DNA of 64,000 bases from Tubulanus polymorphus (lineage: Eukaryota; Animalia; Nemertea): contig NC_134036.1 of the NCBI RefSeq assembly GCF_964204645.1, positions 9,279,859 to 9,343,858 on the forward strand. Direction: 5' to 3'. Below the pieces are notes generated by a model, which had not been told where the DNA came from, made no database searches, and saw only the letters and a program-made list of their open reading frames with translations. Positions 33,399-46,738 of this stretch are shown in pieces; position 1 is the first letter of the stretch; every line of letters starts with the position of its first letter. The translations under genes were made by a program, and so were the position numbers.

Positions 33399-34844
33399 CT
33401 GAAATGACGCACACGTGATTCTTACTGCCTACGAAAAATGTAATATTAAACGTATTCGATTGAAATGACATCTTCGATTTCTTAACTGTAGTTAAATAGT
33501 TTTATATCATTGTTGTACTTTTTCTCATTCAGTGAAATTGAAGGAATTAAAAAATAAATGCAGATACTCGAGTTGTAACTAGAGTAGACCTGGTGAATTC
33601 TAGCGAGCGCCATCGCTTGGTATAGTAAGATAAAGAGACCGGAAATCCAGAAAGATTGATTATTTATGTGAATTTATTAAAGTGACGAAAAAGATGTTAA
33701 AATAACTGAGATTGAAATGCCAAAAAAGAGTTTTGCTAAAAAATGAATTGTAGATTTCAACTGACTCCATTTACTTCAAGCGGCCACATCATTTGTTTCA
33801 AATTCTCGGCCCAGTCTCACGTTTTGACGCTTGAGTACGAAGTAGTTCGTAACCGACGTTGAAACTCAAATTTGAAGTATAGTTACTTCAAAAGGGTAGA
33901 TGTTCTTATTCGAAAACTTCGGACGAAATGACGAATGAATCATGATATAGATATGAAAGAATTGAACTGTTTGTTTTGTTACGGATTTTACTAACGCTGA
34001 ACTCTCTAGCATATCATAAATAATGAATACGTACACAGCTTCAGTAATGTCCGAATTAGAAAATCGTACCCGAGTTTACTTACATTCCTACATTCTCGGA
34101 CATTGACAACAAAAAAATGAACCGTTATTTACTACCTTGTTCCTGGTGTCGCAAATTGTCTGTGTATTTCAGCCTTCGGAGTTGCGCAGCCAAGAATGTA
34201 GTTGCTTTAGAAGCAGTCACCAAAATGTGAATATAAATATCGCTGAGAACAGGTGCCGGGAACAAGAGACATTACATTTGAAGAGAACTGTGAAGTGTTC
34301 TAAGGAGCCTAGATCGGAACTGCTAACAGTTTGAAGAGCACCGGGCTAGACAGTATATTTGAAGTCTCTGATCTCGCCATTATTACCTATTGACTGTACG
34401 TCTCCAGCCTTGACAATTGCCGTCTAGGATCGAAATGATAGATTCAGTCGTTCAGTGCAGTCGTTTTAGCAAAACAGCTGTTCAATACATTCATTTTCCA
34501 ACAAGGATAGACTTTAAACCTAACACTCAGTAGAATTTCAATCTTGGTTTGTATTTTGACAACGTCAAAGCCATTAAACTAAAACGTGAGCCAATGAATG
34601 CAGAGGGGAGAATTACATCTTTACATTGAGAATAAGAAAAGTATATGTTTTGATGCTGTCAAATACTTTTTCAATTTTGTGTTTTACATTTCTTTATTCG
34701 TCGAAAGGCACAAGGCAAACACGAATTAGAACATATATTTCATTATCTTTCTTGACGCTAGCAAAACATCGATCGCGGTTTGCTCGAGCACCTCAGCCGA
34801 TCGTCATAGTCGAGGAACCGAGCTCACCCAGCCAGCCACAAGTC

Positions 34845-35125
34845 GCGGAGTGCCACAAGGATCAGTTCTTGGTCATATTCTGTTTATTATCTCGACGTTA
34901 ATCACCTACACGAACTTTTCGCCGATGATCACCAGATCAACGAGGTGGTTCAACCTAACAAGTGTTTACAGTGTAATGTCTAAACTGTCATACAGATGTA
35001 AATCTGACTTCATAACCCTGGTTTCTTCGCATGGAAAATATCATTAACCGGTTGATATCCATTCAGAAATTGATGGAACTGATATTGCACAATCATATAA
35101 CGTTTAGAACCTAGGGACAATTGAC
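34845..35125 (+). pseudogene. Non-LTR retrotransposon (CR1/L2-like) reverse transcriptase fragment
   Basis: RGVPQGSVLGHILFII followed, after a frameshift, by FADDHQI. Confidence 0.7.
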
Positions 35126-35959
35126 GAATCGCATAACCAACTCAAAATCTTAGTTTTGAATTCTGTAAATAAAATACGCTTTTCAAAAGTCGGTGTTGAA
35201 GTTTTAATAGTAACAATTGAATTCTCACATTCACCTCATCGCCACCTGGTGTATGATGACGGCATGACTATAAAAATCCGACACTAACTATAAAAAGTGA
35301 AACACTAACTGTTGTAAAACGCATTTGGCAATAGAATTCAAAACTAACTTTGTTAGATCGTGCGTTCGTTTGTACGATTGCAAACGTTGTAAAAATCCGA
35401 TATAGAGCGTGTGCTATGATTGCGTTCCAAACGTAGATCGTGCAAGGCCAATAGTAACAAGGCTTTAATCGTACTCAGGGTACGTTGTGTGAGAATATTA
35501 CTTTCTTGTTCAAACACTTATTTAACGTTGTTATCTATTACCATTCAATATGATATTTTATTCTGTAGTCGGTCACACCGTATTGATTACCACTACTGAA
35601 ATATAGGAAGTATCTTATGCCTGAAACGACAGCTGTTAATTCTTCTACAAATCATATTATATCTATTACCGATGAATAATAGATTCGAGAGCTGATATAA
35701 TGGACGTTCCTACGTACGCATATTGATATATAATCAAAACTACAATTGAGACGAAGTCAATTTGTCATCTTGTGAATATATTTTAACTCACTATATTCAA
35801 ACATTTTTCAGCTAGTATCACATCCTTCATCATAATCATTTTTATCAAATATCTCCTAAAGTCTATTCTATTACATACCTTTCAATAATCACGTGTAATT
35901 AATTATTTATTAGTGAATGTGTGACATTATCATCGCATCATTCAACTGAGTATTGTTTT

Positions 35960-36145
35960 ACTATCAACGTATTACTATCACTGTATTACTACCACTGTAT
36001 AACTATCACTATATATTACTATCACTGTATTACTATCACTGCATTACTATATCCGTACTACCACCACCGTATTAGTATCGCTGTCACTGTCTAACCATCA
36101 TTTTCTCTATCACCCTATAACTATCATTGTATTACTATCACTGTA
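35960..36145. repeat. Degenerate ~14-bp tandem repeat (TATTACTATCACTG)
   Basis: Direct reading. Confidence 0.8.
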
Positions 36146-36253
36146 TGGTACTAGTATCAATGTCTTACCATAAGTAACACTTTTTAAACGGTAAAAGGCA
36201 AGAATAATAGTATGCGGTAAACAGATAATCCTGATTCTAGGTTATTAATGCGG

Positions 36254-36536
36254 TGTTGTCATATCGCGGAAAGACGGAATCGCGGAATTTTCCAAAAACG
36301 CGGAATTTCTTCAGTTTTACTATAAATAGTATACGGGTTTTCCCACGGGGATACCCACTGTCGGACAGGGCACCGGACCCAGGTTTTCAACACCGGGAAT
36401 TAGTATTTGATAATTTTTTATATCGCCAGTCAACAACTTAACGATACTGTTCCAAATAATGGAGAACCTAGGCAATACGTGCTTTGCGAATTCAGTGATA
36501 CAGAGTATCGCTGCATTAACTGAAGGAATACAAATT
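36254..36536 (+). mobile_element. Solo end of the same Ginger1-like family
   Basis: Nearly identical to the reverse complement of ~31906-32188; begins TGTTGTCA after GCGG. Confidence 0.8.
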
Positions 36537-36579
36537 TTAGGTGTAACGTATATTCATATTTAGAACATAACTAAAGAAC

Positions 36580-36725
36580 AGCTGTTCGGCTAGAACTACT
36601 GATTCTAATGTTTCGATCGTAGATGCCAATTATCAAGGTTGAAGCCGTACAGTCAATAGGTAACACAATCGACATGAGAGACTTCAGAAAGACTAACTAG
36701 CTCGCTGCTCTTCAAAACAGTTAAA
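36580..36725 (+). repeat. Dispersed host repeat (also ~34325-34400 on -, ~37830-37953 on +, ~38220-38276 on -)
   Basis: GTACAGTCAATAGGTAACA...GAGACTTCAGAAA.ACTAACTAGCT shared among the copies. Confidence 0.75.
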
Positions 36726-38276
36726 AGTTCTTTTCAATATTGCCAAAAACAATTCATACTGCTCTTCAAACCGAATAACTCGTGATCTCGTCACTTGTTA
36801 CTGGCGCTATTCTCACGTTTTTCTAGCTGCTCTTAGGTACTGAATGTGAACGTAGCGTGTTTTAGGTATTAAGTCTATCAATTGTTCGACAATATATGTA
36901 AGGCTGAACAAAAGATATGCCTCGTTTCTCATTAAAGGAAAACTATTTTTTTTAATTATTTTAGTTGAGAACAAGATTCTACTGTAAAGAAGAGTTATTA
37001 CCGTTACAAATATGCATTCTATTAGTGAATACCAGTGGTTGTTATGGTTATGGAACAATGGCTAAATTATTGACTAGAGAGAGAGAGAGAGTAGTAGGTT
37101 TGAGTTCCGACCTCACGCTATTTGGCATCCATTTTTAAAGTACTAAAATCGATAATACATAGTACATATATTTTTTATTTTTATCATAAAAAGATGCTCA
37201 CTCTAGACCCAGCCGGCAGAATTTTACTTTTCGATGTTGAGTGTTTCTGCAGCTTCCCAATGTTTATTGAGTATACGCGGTAAAGTTCGGTTTCAAAGTC
37301 CGCGTATGTGCTGTATGCTACAGTAAGAGTAAACTATCGCTGATAAATGAAAACAAAAACAACTTTATTGAAAATCATTGCTTATTTCTAAGTGCAAATT
37401 TCTTACTGAACATTGGCGAAATTGATGCGTAATGAAGGTAGATCAACCGATTGTTAACGAACGGATCAAAACGCGCACAGAGATATGGATAGATAAGTTC
37501 ATGCAACTGCCACCAAACACCAGATCTTCGGTAGCCGCAATGCCATTTTGACTAGACTTGGTACATTAGTACTTTTAACGTGGTATACCTTATGGGTTCA
37601 CATATCCAGCATAGTGTTGACCACCAGTTTGCGTTTCTTCGAAATAGTCATATGTTATGCAATGATCAGAATTATTTCGATGAAATCTATGTACGCTTCC
37701 CAGTGCGACATTTGAACCAGTGAGGCAGAAACCCGTTCTGCTTTGCAGCTACAGCTGTATTTTTCATTTAATTTTTTCGGACACAGCTGGGGAATGAGAA
37801 ACGATGTATCATTGTTTGCCCTAAGGAACGGTTGTTCGGCTAAAATGACTTAATGAATTATTTCGATCCTAGATGGCAATTATCATGGCTGAAGCCGTAC
37901 AGTCAATAGGTAACACTGGCAAGATGAGAGACTTCAGAAATACTAACTAGCTAGTGAAAATTTACCGTGAGATAGAAAATAGTACATATTTTTACTTACA
38001 TTCTCGTGCGCTGATAATTAAGAAATGAACTATGTTACATAAATACATTTTTTCTGATGTCTGGTGTATTTGTGCCGTTGGAGTTGATACAAGCAAGCTC
38101 AGAGCAGCCTAAATGCAAATAGTCTGTGAATATAAAGGGCAATGAAAACAGGTGACGGGATTAAGAATCATTGCATATGAAGAGAGTTTGAATTGTTTTA
38201 AGGAACTGTTAACAGTTAACAGTTTAAGAGCAGCGAGCTAGTTAGTATTTCTGAAGTCTCTCATCTCGCCAGTGTT

Positions 38277-38626
38277 AGTAATAGGGGTAATGGGCTTTCA
38301 GATCAAAGGTCGAACGGTCGAGCTCATTAAAAAACAAAACATTAAAAGTAATTTAAAACTATAATATATTTTCATAACCGTGTGCATTTTATATTATAAC
38401 TAAATATTTATTCTAAGATATCAATAATTTAAAAAGCATATTGATTTATTTACAATACACAAATTCATATAATCAAATATATTCAAATAATAATAATTAT
38501 TCTATTATTCAACTGAAATACACACGGTTATGAAAATATATTATAGTTTTAAATTACTTTTAATATTTGTTTTTAATGAACTCGACCATTCAACCTTTAA
38601 CCCGAAAGCCCATTACCCCTATTACT
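38277..38626. repeat. Terminal fold-back of copy 2 (arms 38277-38389 and 38516-38626, AT-rich spacer)
   Basis: Arms aligned by hand. Confidence 0.9.
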
Positions 38627-38706
38627 CTTAAAATATTCATATAAATGAATAACATTTAAATCATTGAACTTCTAAAATCAATTTTAATAAAAAATTTAGT
38701 ATAGAA

Positions 38707-38910
38707 ATGGAAGCAAATAAGTACTACTGTCCAACATGTAATATCAATATAGATAAATCCCAAAAAGCAAGACACAATAAAACTAAAACACATTTAGAGA
38801 ATAAATTGAAACTAGAATATTTACAGTTATATTCAGAACAGTTAACAAAGGCAAAGAAATTTATTGAATTATGGAATAATGATCCAAATAATGAACAATA
38901 CGTTGAGTAA
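38707..38910 (+). CDS. 67-aa chimeric mini-ORF: PolB Zn finger plus HNH C-terminal tail
   Basis: First ~38 aa match the PolB N-terminus; LQLYSEQLTKAKKFIELWNNDPNNEQYVE matches the end of 40554-40886. Confidence 0.6.
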   Translation: MEANKYYCPTCNINIDKSQKARHNKTKTHLENKLKLEYLQLYSEQLTKAKKFIELWNNDPNNEQYVE

Positions 38911-39039
38911 TTTGATATCAAGGATCCGATGTTTATACTAGAACATGATTCTATTTGAACCTATATACATTCTATGTAAAGAGCTATGGAATAAATCTAT
39001 AAATTCACAGCTGTTACAGCCGTTACGCCGAGACATTAT

Positions 39040-39210
39040 GACTCATAATATTACAAACGTGTATAGAAAATTCTAGAAAGGTGTGCTGGAACTCTGAATA
39101 GAGATGACACGTCATAATCAGAAACGTGTAGAATATTCTAGAAAAGGCGCGCCGGAACCAGATGACGTGGCATAATCAACGACGTGTCATTCTAGAAATC
39201 GCCCCGGAAA
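39040..39210. promoter_or_regulatory. Candidate stress-responsive promoter repeats (heat-shock elements, TGACGTGG)
   Basis: GAAnnTTCnnGAA at 39066-39078 and 39131-39143, TTCTAGAA at ~39190, TGACGTGG at 39163-39170. Motif match only. Confidence 0.4.
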
Positions 39211-39759
39211 TGAACAGACGCTGTAATATTGTGCTCAGGATATTCTATCTATCGAAACGAAATTAGGAGATTATAGTTTACAATTATAAATCTAAATGTA
39301 AGTACTGTTTGTTGTAGTTATTAGGGCTATTAAATATGAAACCTTTAGATGTATTTAAGTGTATTTAGTATATCTTTTAGATGGCTAGAGTTGCCGCTAA
39401 TATCTTTTTGATTAATAAAACGCCATACGCATCAAGAAGTGATAGAGAAACTCAAGATACTCTTTCTGACTGAGGAATCAACAGCAATGGATATCGAACC
39501 AATAGAAATAAGCACAAGAAACACAAGAATCGCCAAAAGATCGACGAAGAAACTATATAAGGATTTCAAAAACATTAAGACTCCAATGATTAAGTTTAAC
39601 ATTTGTTGATGTAGTTAAATATTTACCAGCAATTGAAAAAATGTTTGTAATTATAAATTGTATTTATAGAAATCAAATGATGTATTGGAAGAAACGGCCG
39701 AACAACTTGTATAATGTATTGTGTAAATCTGTTTGGTGAATTTTTATGTTCGGTCGTTT

Positions 39760-40095
39760 CTATTCATTATGTAAATATAATTATGATTAGCGCATGCGCA
39801 TTGATCAAAAGCGCGCACGAATGCGCGGTTTGCTCAGTGGTATGATTTAGATATTCCATGTCGGTTGTTTCTAATTACATAATGAATATATAATTAGGAT
39901 TAACGCATGCGCATTAAGCAAAAGCGCGCATGAATGCGCGGTTTGCCTAATGCGAACACGTTTAGATATTTCATGTCGGTTGTTTCTATTTACATAATTA
40001 TATATTCATTATGTAAATATAATTATGATTAACGCATGCGCATTGATCAAAAGCGCGCATGAATGCGCGGTTTGCTCAGTGGTATGATTTAGATA
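39760..40095. repeat. Three ~120-bp tandem repeats with CGCATGCGCA cores
   Basis: CGCATGCGCATT..CAAAAGCGCGCA.GAATGCGCGGTTTGC at ~39791, ~39904 and ~40033. Confidence 0.85.
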
Positions 40096-40213
40096 TCAAG
40101 GAATCGAAACAACTTATCAAAAGCAACGAGGAATGAAAAAGGATGACGTTGGTCGAAGAAATGGAAGAGGATTCTAAAATATTAACCAATTTAGTAAAAA
40201 ATACATATAATAA

Positions 40214-40886
40214 ATGGAACCAGAACAACCACAAATTATCAATATTACAAATAACACGTGTTATAAATATATATTACAAGAAGTGTTCTAAGTGTGAATT
40301 AGATAAATCATTAACAGAATTTAGTAAGCGTAAGATTAGCAAAGATGGTCTTCAATATTGCTGTAAAACTTGCACTAAACTATATACTAAACAATATCGA
40401 GAAGATAATATAGAACATTATAATTATTATATGGCAGAATATATGAGAGAAAGATATCAAACAGATCTTAATTTTAGATTGAAACAATGCTTAAGATCTA
40501 GATTAACACAATTATTCAACAAAGAAACACATTAAGAAACATTATCTAATTTATTGGGTTGTTCAGATGAATTTCTCAAATCATGGATTATATTTCAATT
40601 CGATGATAAAATGAATATAGATAATTATGGGGATTATTACCATATTGATCATACGTTACCGATTTCTAAATTTAACATGAATGATGAATACAATAAAAAA
40701 CTTATTTGGAATTGGAAGAATTTAAGACCTTTAGAAAAGAAGGAAAACATAATTAAATCTTATAAACTAGATTTACAGTTATATTTAGAACAGTTAACAA
40801 AGGCAAAGAAATTTATTGAATTATGGAATAATGATCCAAATAATGAACAATACGTTGAGGAATTTGATATCAAGGATCCGAAATGA
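40214..40886 (+). pseudogene. HNH endonuclease, copy 2
   Basis: TAAATG start MEPEQP, early frameshift, stop at 40533-40535; HIDHTLP...NWKNLRPL..KENIIK. Confidence 0.8.
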
Positions 40887-41187
40887 CTTATCTGGACAGT
40901 TATAATTACTGCTCCTAATAGATAAACAAAAGTAGTGAGATATCAAATAGATTTTAAATAAAAAGTATTTAAAAAACAATAACTTCAACTAGCTTGTGAA
41001 TTCTATTATATTTTTAATATTTTCTTTTCAAAAAAGAATACTTTATATCACAAATAAAAAATACTAAAAAAACAATAACTAATACTAAAATTCTTTACCT
41101 TTAACTAAGCTAGTATTAATCTAAAGAGATACTGGTATCATTTGAAGAATACTTAAAATATTTTTTTTGCTTTTTTCTCTAATATAT

Positions 41188-41789
41188 ATGTCAAAGAAAT
41201 CTAATAAGAATAGTATTGATATTAAAAAAACATTAGATGATTTAGGTATTAGTGATAATAAAGATACAGTTGTTTCTAATTCTATTCAAGTTAATAACAA
41301 TATAGATTATGAATACTATTTATATTGTAAGCATCATCTAGAACTATTGATTGCCGGTGGAAAAACTAATGAGTTTTTAAATAGAATCATTACTTTTCAA
41401 GAACTAGACTGTATGAAACCAGATAAAGTAAAAAAATATTTTAAGATTTATGAAGAAGCTAGATTAGCTAGAATAAATGATTCTATTTCAGATGGTATTG
41501 TCAAATGTTATTCTAAGTTATGTAACCAGTTAATACCAATTGATGATTAAATAAATTATATAGTGATTTAAAAAGTGACTACTTAGTTATGACTGAATTA
41601 CAAAAATGGGTTGGTTATGCTTCATTTCAATTAGGATCGGTTATGACATTAATTTCTACTGGTGTCATAACATTTTCGAACATCAAACCTATAGAATGTA
41701 AATCAGGTAAGAACGAAACAGATGTACTACAACCAAACGTCGAAACAGATAATGAATCAGAACAAAAATTAACTAAAATAAATGAGTGA
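41188..41789 (+). pseudogene. Ortholog of the 200-aa gene, frameshifted near 41548
   Basis: Alignment to 14326-14928. Confidence 0.8.
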
Positions 41790-42149
41790 TGGCGTAAGAA
41801 AAAGCCTAGATCCGAGAAACAAATTAAATGGGCAAGAGAATTAGGTAAAAGATCTTCAGAATTAAAAAAAGCTAAGAAAAAGAAATTAACTGATATAAAT
41901 GAATCACAGACTTTATCTGATATTGATACGAATGATAATCCATCTAATTCTTCTAATGCTGGAAGTAATTATAAATTATATATTACAATTGGATTAGTAA
42001 CAGTTATTATATTATCCGGTGTAATATATAAATCAAAATTCAAATCTGATGATAAAGATGATTCCAATGACAATAAACCTATCATACCAGAAAATAAGTC
42101 AAATCATAAAGCCATTGAAACTAAATCTAAGTTATTATTAATGGATTAA
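41782..42149 (+). pseudogene. Ortholog of the 131-aa TM gene, early frameshift
   Basis: Nucleotide match to 13938-14333; lacks the 27-bp insert. Confidence 0.75.
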
Positions 42150-42155
42150 AATAAG

Positions 42156-43253
42156 ATGAAAAAAGAAAAATATTTAAGAGATTTATATTATAACCCAGAG
42201 AGTGAAGTATCATATTCTAACGTTTCAGAATTATGGAATAAAATTAAATCTGATAATGGTGGTATAACATATAGTGAATTAAAATCATGGTTACAAAATC
42301 AACCAACATATCAAATACACAAGAAAATGGATAAAACTTATTTAACAAGAAAAGTTATGGTTTCATATATTGATCAACAATGGCAAGCAGATTTAATTGA
42401 CATGAAGAACTTAGAAGAATACAACAAAGGATATTTCTGGATATTAAATGTTATAGACATATTCAGTAGATACGCATGGTCAATTCCAATCAAAAATAAA
42501 ACTGGAATAGAAGTAACAAATGCTTTTAAATCAATATTTAAAGAAGCTATTCCAGATAAGATACAATTTGATGAAGGTAAGGAATTTTATAACAAACATT
42601 TCAAAAAACTATTATCTGATAACGATGTAGATTATTTTTCAACACACTCAGATAAAAAAGCATCTATTATAGAAAGATTTAATAAAACATTGAAAACTAG
42701 AATGTGGAAATATTTTACTGCTAATGAAACATATAAATATATCGATGAGTCTATAAATATATTAGATGATTTAGTGAAAGGTTATAATAATTCTAAAAAT
42801 AGTTCTATAAATATGAAACCTATACAAGCTAGACAAGATGATAATTGAGAAATAGTACGGAATAATTTATATGGAGCGTTTGTTACACATGATTTCGGTG
42901 AACCTAGATTTAAAATTGGACAACATGTTAGAATATCTAAATATAGAAAAACCTTTTATAAAGGTTATACCCCAAATTTTACAGAAGAAATATTCAAGAT
43001 TAAAAAGATAATATTAACTTAACCTTTTGTTTATAAATTAGAAGATCTAAAAGATGAAGAAATATTAGGTTATTTCTATGAACAAGAATTATCACTTGTA
43101 CCAAATCCAGATGAAATAGAATACAAAATAGAAAAAGTATTGAAAACAAAAACTCTTAAAGGAAAAAAGTATTCTTTGGTGAAATATAAAGGATATGATG
43201 ATAAATTTAATGAATGGATTTTATCTAGTAAAATTAAAAGAATAAATGAATAA
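42156..43253 (+). pseudogene. Integrase-chromodomain, copy 2, with premature stops
   Basis: DDE motifs as in copy 1; stops near 42846 and 43020. Confidence 0.9.
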
Positions 43254-43857
43254 AGATTTATTTATATTTGAACCGCATAATATGTTAGTTACTGGAGTAA
43301 CCAATTGTGGTAAAACACATTTCATATTAGATTTGTTAGAAACTATTTATAAGAATCATTTTGATAATATAATATTATTCTGTCCTACTTATGAAATGAA
43401 TAAAACGTATAATAGAGATATAGTTAAGATAAAAAAGTTTATTATATTAAATCCTAAAACAGTAAAAGAAAATTTAGATAATTGTATTAAAATAGCAATT
43501 GATACTTATAAAGGATCAAATACATTATTCATTATAGATGATTGCGCAAATTTACATGATTCAAAAGTTAGAGAAAGTGAGTTATGTTATCTAGCTTTCT
43601 CTGGGAGACATTTTGGGATAACAACATGGGTTTTAAATCAAAAATGTAATTCAATTGTTAAAGACTTTAGGGAGAATATAAGATTTCTAGTTTTATTTTA
43701 TAACAAAGATAAAAAATCTATGCAACAATCATTGGAAGAAAATCAAATTATACCTACTGAATTACATGATGAATATATGAATAAATAAAAGAATAATAAA
43801 GGTTCAAAATTATTACTGAGACTTCAATTTCCCTATGAATATAAATTTATAAAATAA
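43246..43857 (+). pseudogene. Packaging ATPase, copy 2, premature stop at 43786-43788
   Basis: Walker A and B present; TTA>TAA relative to copies 1 and 3. Confidence 0.9.
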
Positions 43858-43888
43858 CTATTTATAATTTGGAATATTATAGAAACTA

Positions 43889-44219
43889 ATTTATATATCT
43901 ATGTACTAGACGTACGAGTAAGAAAGTAAGATTCTTACCTTTTTACTTTCTTGGCAAGAATCTTGGATTCTTACGTACGTCTAGTCCATAGAAATATGAA
44001 TTATTAAATGAAATATATAATAATGAATAAATTATATATTAAAACTATGTTTATAATTTATGTTTATAATTTATGTTTATAATTTATGTTTATAATTCAT
44101 GTTTATAATTTATGTTTATAATCTATGTTTATAATTTATGTTTATAATTTATATTTCTTGGCAAGGATTCTTGGATTCTTACTTTCTTACTCATACGTCT
44201 AGTGCATAGATATATAAAT
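43889..44219. repeat. ~46-bp inverted repeat enclosing 8 copies of a 13-bp unit (TATGTTTATAATT)
   Basis: Arms 43889-43934 and 44174-44219; tandem array 44046-44149. Confidence 0.85.
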
Positions 44220-44252
44220 AGTTTTACAGATATATAAATAGTTTTATAATAA

Positions 44253-45418
44253 TTATTCTAATTTTGTTTCTAATACATTTATAAAATCATCTTCGTTTAT
44301 ATCAAATTCTCCATAAGTCTTTGGTATATTTATTGAGTTTAGTCGAGCCATCATTAATCTATAATCAGTAGGCATATTAATTTTTTCTTTTATTTTTTCA
44401 AAGTTTTCATCAAAATCATAATGATAAAAATCAACATCATATCCAAAATTAATTATCAAATAAGTTGAATCTTTTCTTCTCAAATATAATAATTTATACA
44501 TTTGTTCAAGATTATCGTTTGCATAATCTAAAAATTTACGTAATAACAAATTATAGAATATTTCATATTGGTTAATATTATAATCAAAATATTTGATATA
44601 TTCTAAAGGGTTATTTAACAATGGTAACATACCCACTTTTTTATAAACATTAATTAGATGTAATTTTGATTCATAATGAGTAATTTTATCAACAGGTTCA
44701 ATTTCTTTATTACAATAATCACATATTAATCCTTTTCATTTTCTATGTGCCCCTTAGATTTTTTATGTTTAGAAAAATTACTTTTAGAAATATCTAAATT
44801 ACAAATGTTACAATGTTTTTTAGAATCATCAATTATTTCATTATCTGTTATATCATTATCATTAGTTTCGATTGGGTTAACATTATTTATTACATTATCT
44901 GTTATATTATCTATGTTATCATTAGTTTCAATTGGGTTAACATTATCTTTTATATTACTAACTGATATATTATAATCATTATTATTCTTTTCTTTTTCTA
45001 TATGTTTCTTTGATTTCTTATGTGATGCCCAATTTTTATATGATATATATATCTTACATACATCACAATATTTTGGATTATAATAATCTTTTTTTGATTC
45101 AATATCATATGTAGAGGGTATATTATAAGATGTAGATGCTGTTACATCTTCTATTTTAGTTTCAATATTATTACTATCTTCTATTTTAGTCTCAATATTA
45201 TCTTCTATTTTGTATTCAATATCATTCTTATCTTCTATTTTAGTTTCAATATTATTTTCTATTTTAGTTTCAATATTATCTTTTATTTTACTTATTCTAT
45301 ATTTGAATTGATTAAAGTAATCTCCAAAATATTTAATGTATTCATCATAAGGTAATATATAATATATATCTGATATCATTTCACTTGGAGTTTGTATTTC
45401 ATATATTCCACCTTCCAT
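44253..45418 (-). pseudogene. Variable-slot gene of copy 2: IETKIED repeats and three C2H2 Zn fingers; frameshift near 44730
   Basis: CDVC..HKKSKKH, CNIC..HKKSKGH and, in the shifted frame, CDYC..HYESKLH leading into ORF 44253-44636. Confidence 0.7.
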
Positions 45419-45450
45419 TTATTATATAAATTTTTTTTAAAGTTAAAATT

Positions 45451-46699
45451 TTAATACATAACACTATCTAATTGTGAATTTACAATATTTAATTGCGCGT
45501 CAGATATAATATAAATGTGCATTTTGAAATTTTTGATTCCCTTATTCTTTGTCATGAATAATTGTATGCCATCTTTAGTGTTCTGTAGTTTTTTTCAAGA
45601 ACCATGTAATGAATTATCCTCTGTTGTTCTAAAATCTAACCATAATGCATATTTATTACCGGTATAATAATCAATTTGATTAATGTTACAATTTTCAGAT
45701 GATTTTACTCTTTCATTCATAATATGTTTTCTAATTTCTGGCCACTGATCTATCATTCTCATTCCTTGACAAAATATTTTATTTGCTATTCCTTCGATAG
45801 TTATTTCTACTTTTGTTATTTCAGGATTATAATAATTATCAACATTTATTGCGCCATTAGTATATGTTGCAATGGTAAAAAATATTAATATACCTTTAAT
45901 AGATCTTCTTGGGAAGTTAATATTCTCATTAATTATTTCATCATTTGCATTAATAGTTACGGTTTTAAATTTATCAATATAATCATATAATAATGAAAAT
46001 CCTTGATTGTATTGAGTTTGAATTATACTTGAAATATTTTCATCAGTTACTGTATCATATTCTAAACATATATTCGATAATTTATAACCCATATCTTTAA
46101 CAACGCCAGATAATACAATTTCATTTACAGGAGCAAATGTTATCTCAAATATAATATCTTCTTGAATTACATATTTATATAAAGGTGCATTATTATTTAT
46201 CAATTCAAAGTCTAATGGAATTTTATATTTGCTTCCATAAATCTTTTTTTATCAAATTATCTGTGGCACGAGTTACTATTGCGTCATTAGCTCCCGATCT
46301 TAATTTATTATGGTTTTCCGATTGAATACCCTGAAATATCATATTATTTCTATTTTCTTTAGTTAACCATAAATCTTTATAATGCATAAATAAATTATAA
46401 TCATCTAATGAGAAAACTGTTTCTGGACCAATTTTTATAGTTAATTTTTTAATCAAATACCTTCCAACATTATCAACAACATAATTATTATCATGACCAA
46501 TTACTTTTATATCAGCTGATAAATAAATACTATTTGGAACATAAAAAGTATTTTGTGTTAATCTATGAATTCTAACATATAAAGTTTCATCGGGATTGAT
46601 ATTAGAAGGGTTATGAGTAATTATATGATGTGATCTTTCTGCTTTAATAGCATTAGATATTCTATGATTCTTAGAAGGGTTGATATAACTCCCACTCAT
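45451..46699 (-). pseudogene. Major capsid protein, copy 2, frameshifted
   Basis: ORF fragments 46223-46699 and 45595-46203 align to 9830-11077. Confidence 0.88.
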
Positions 46700-46738
46700 T
46701 TATTTAACAAAAAATTAATTATTTATTTTTGATCATGG

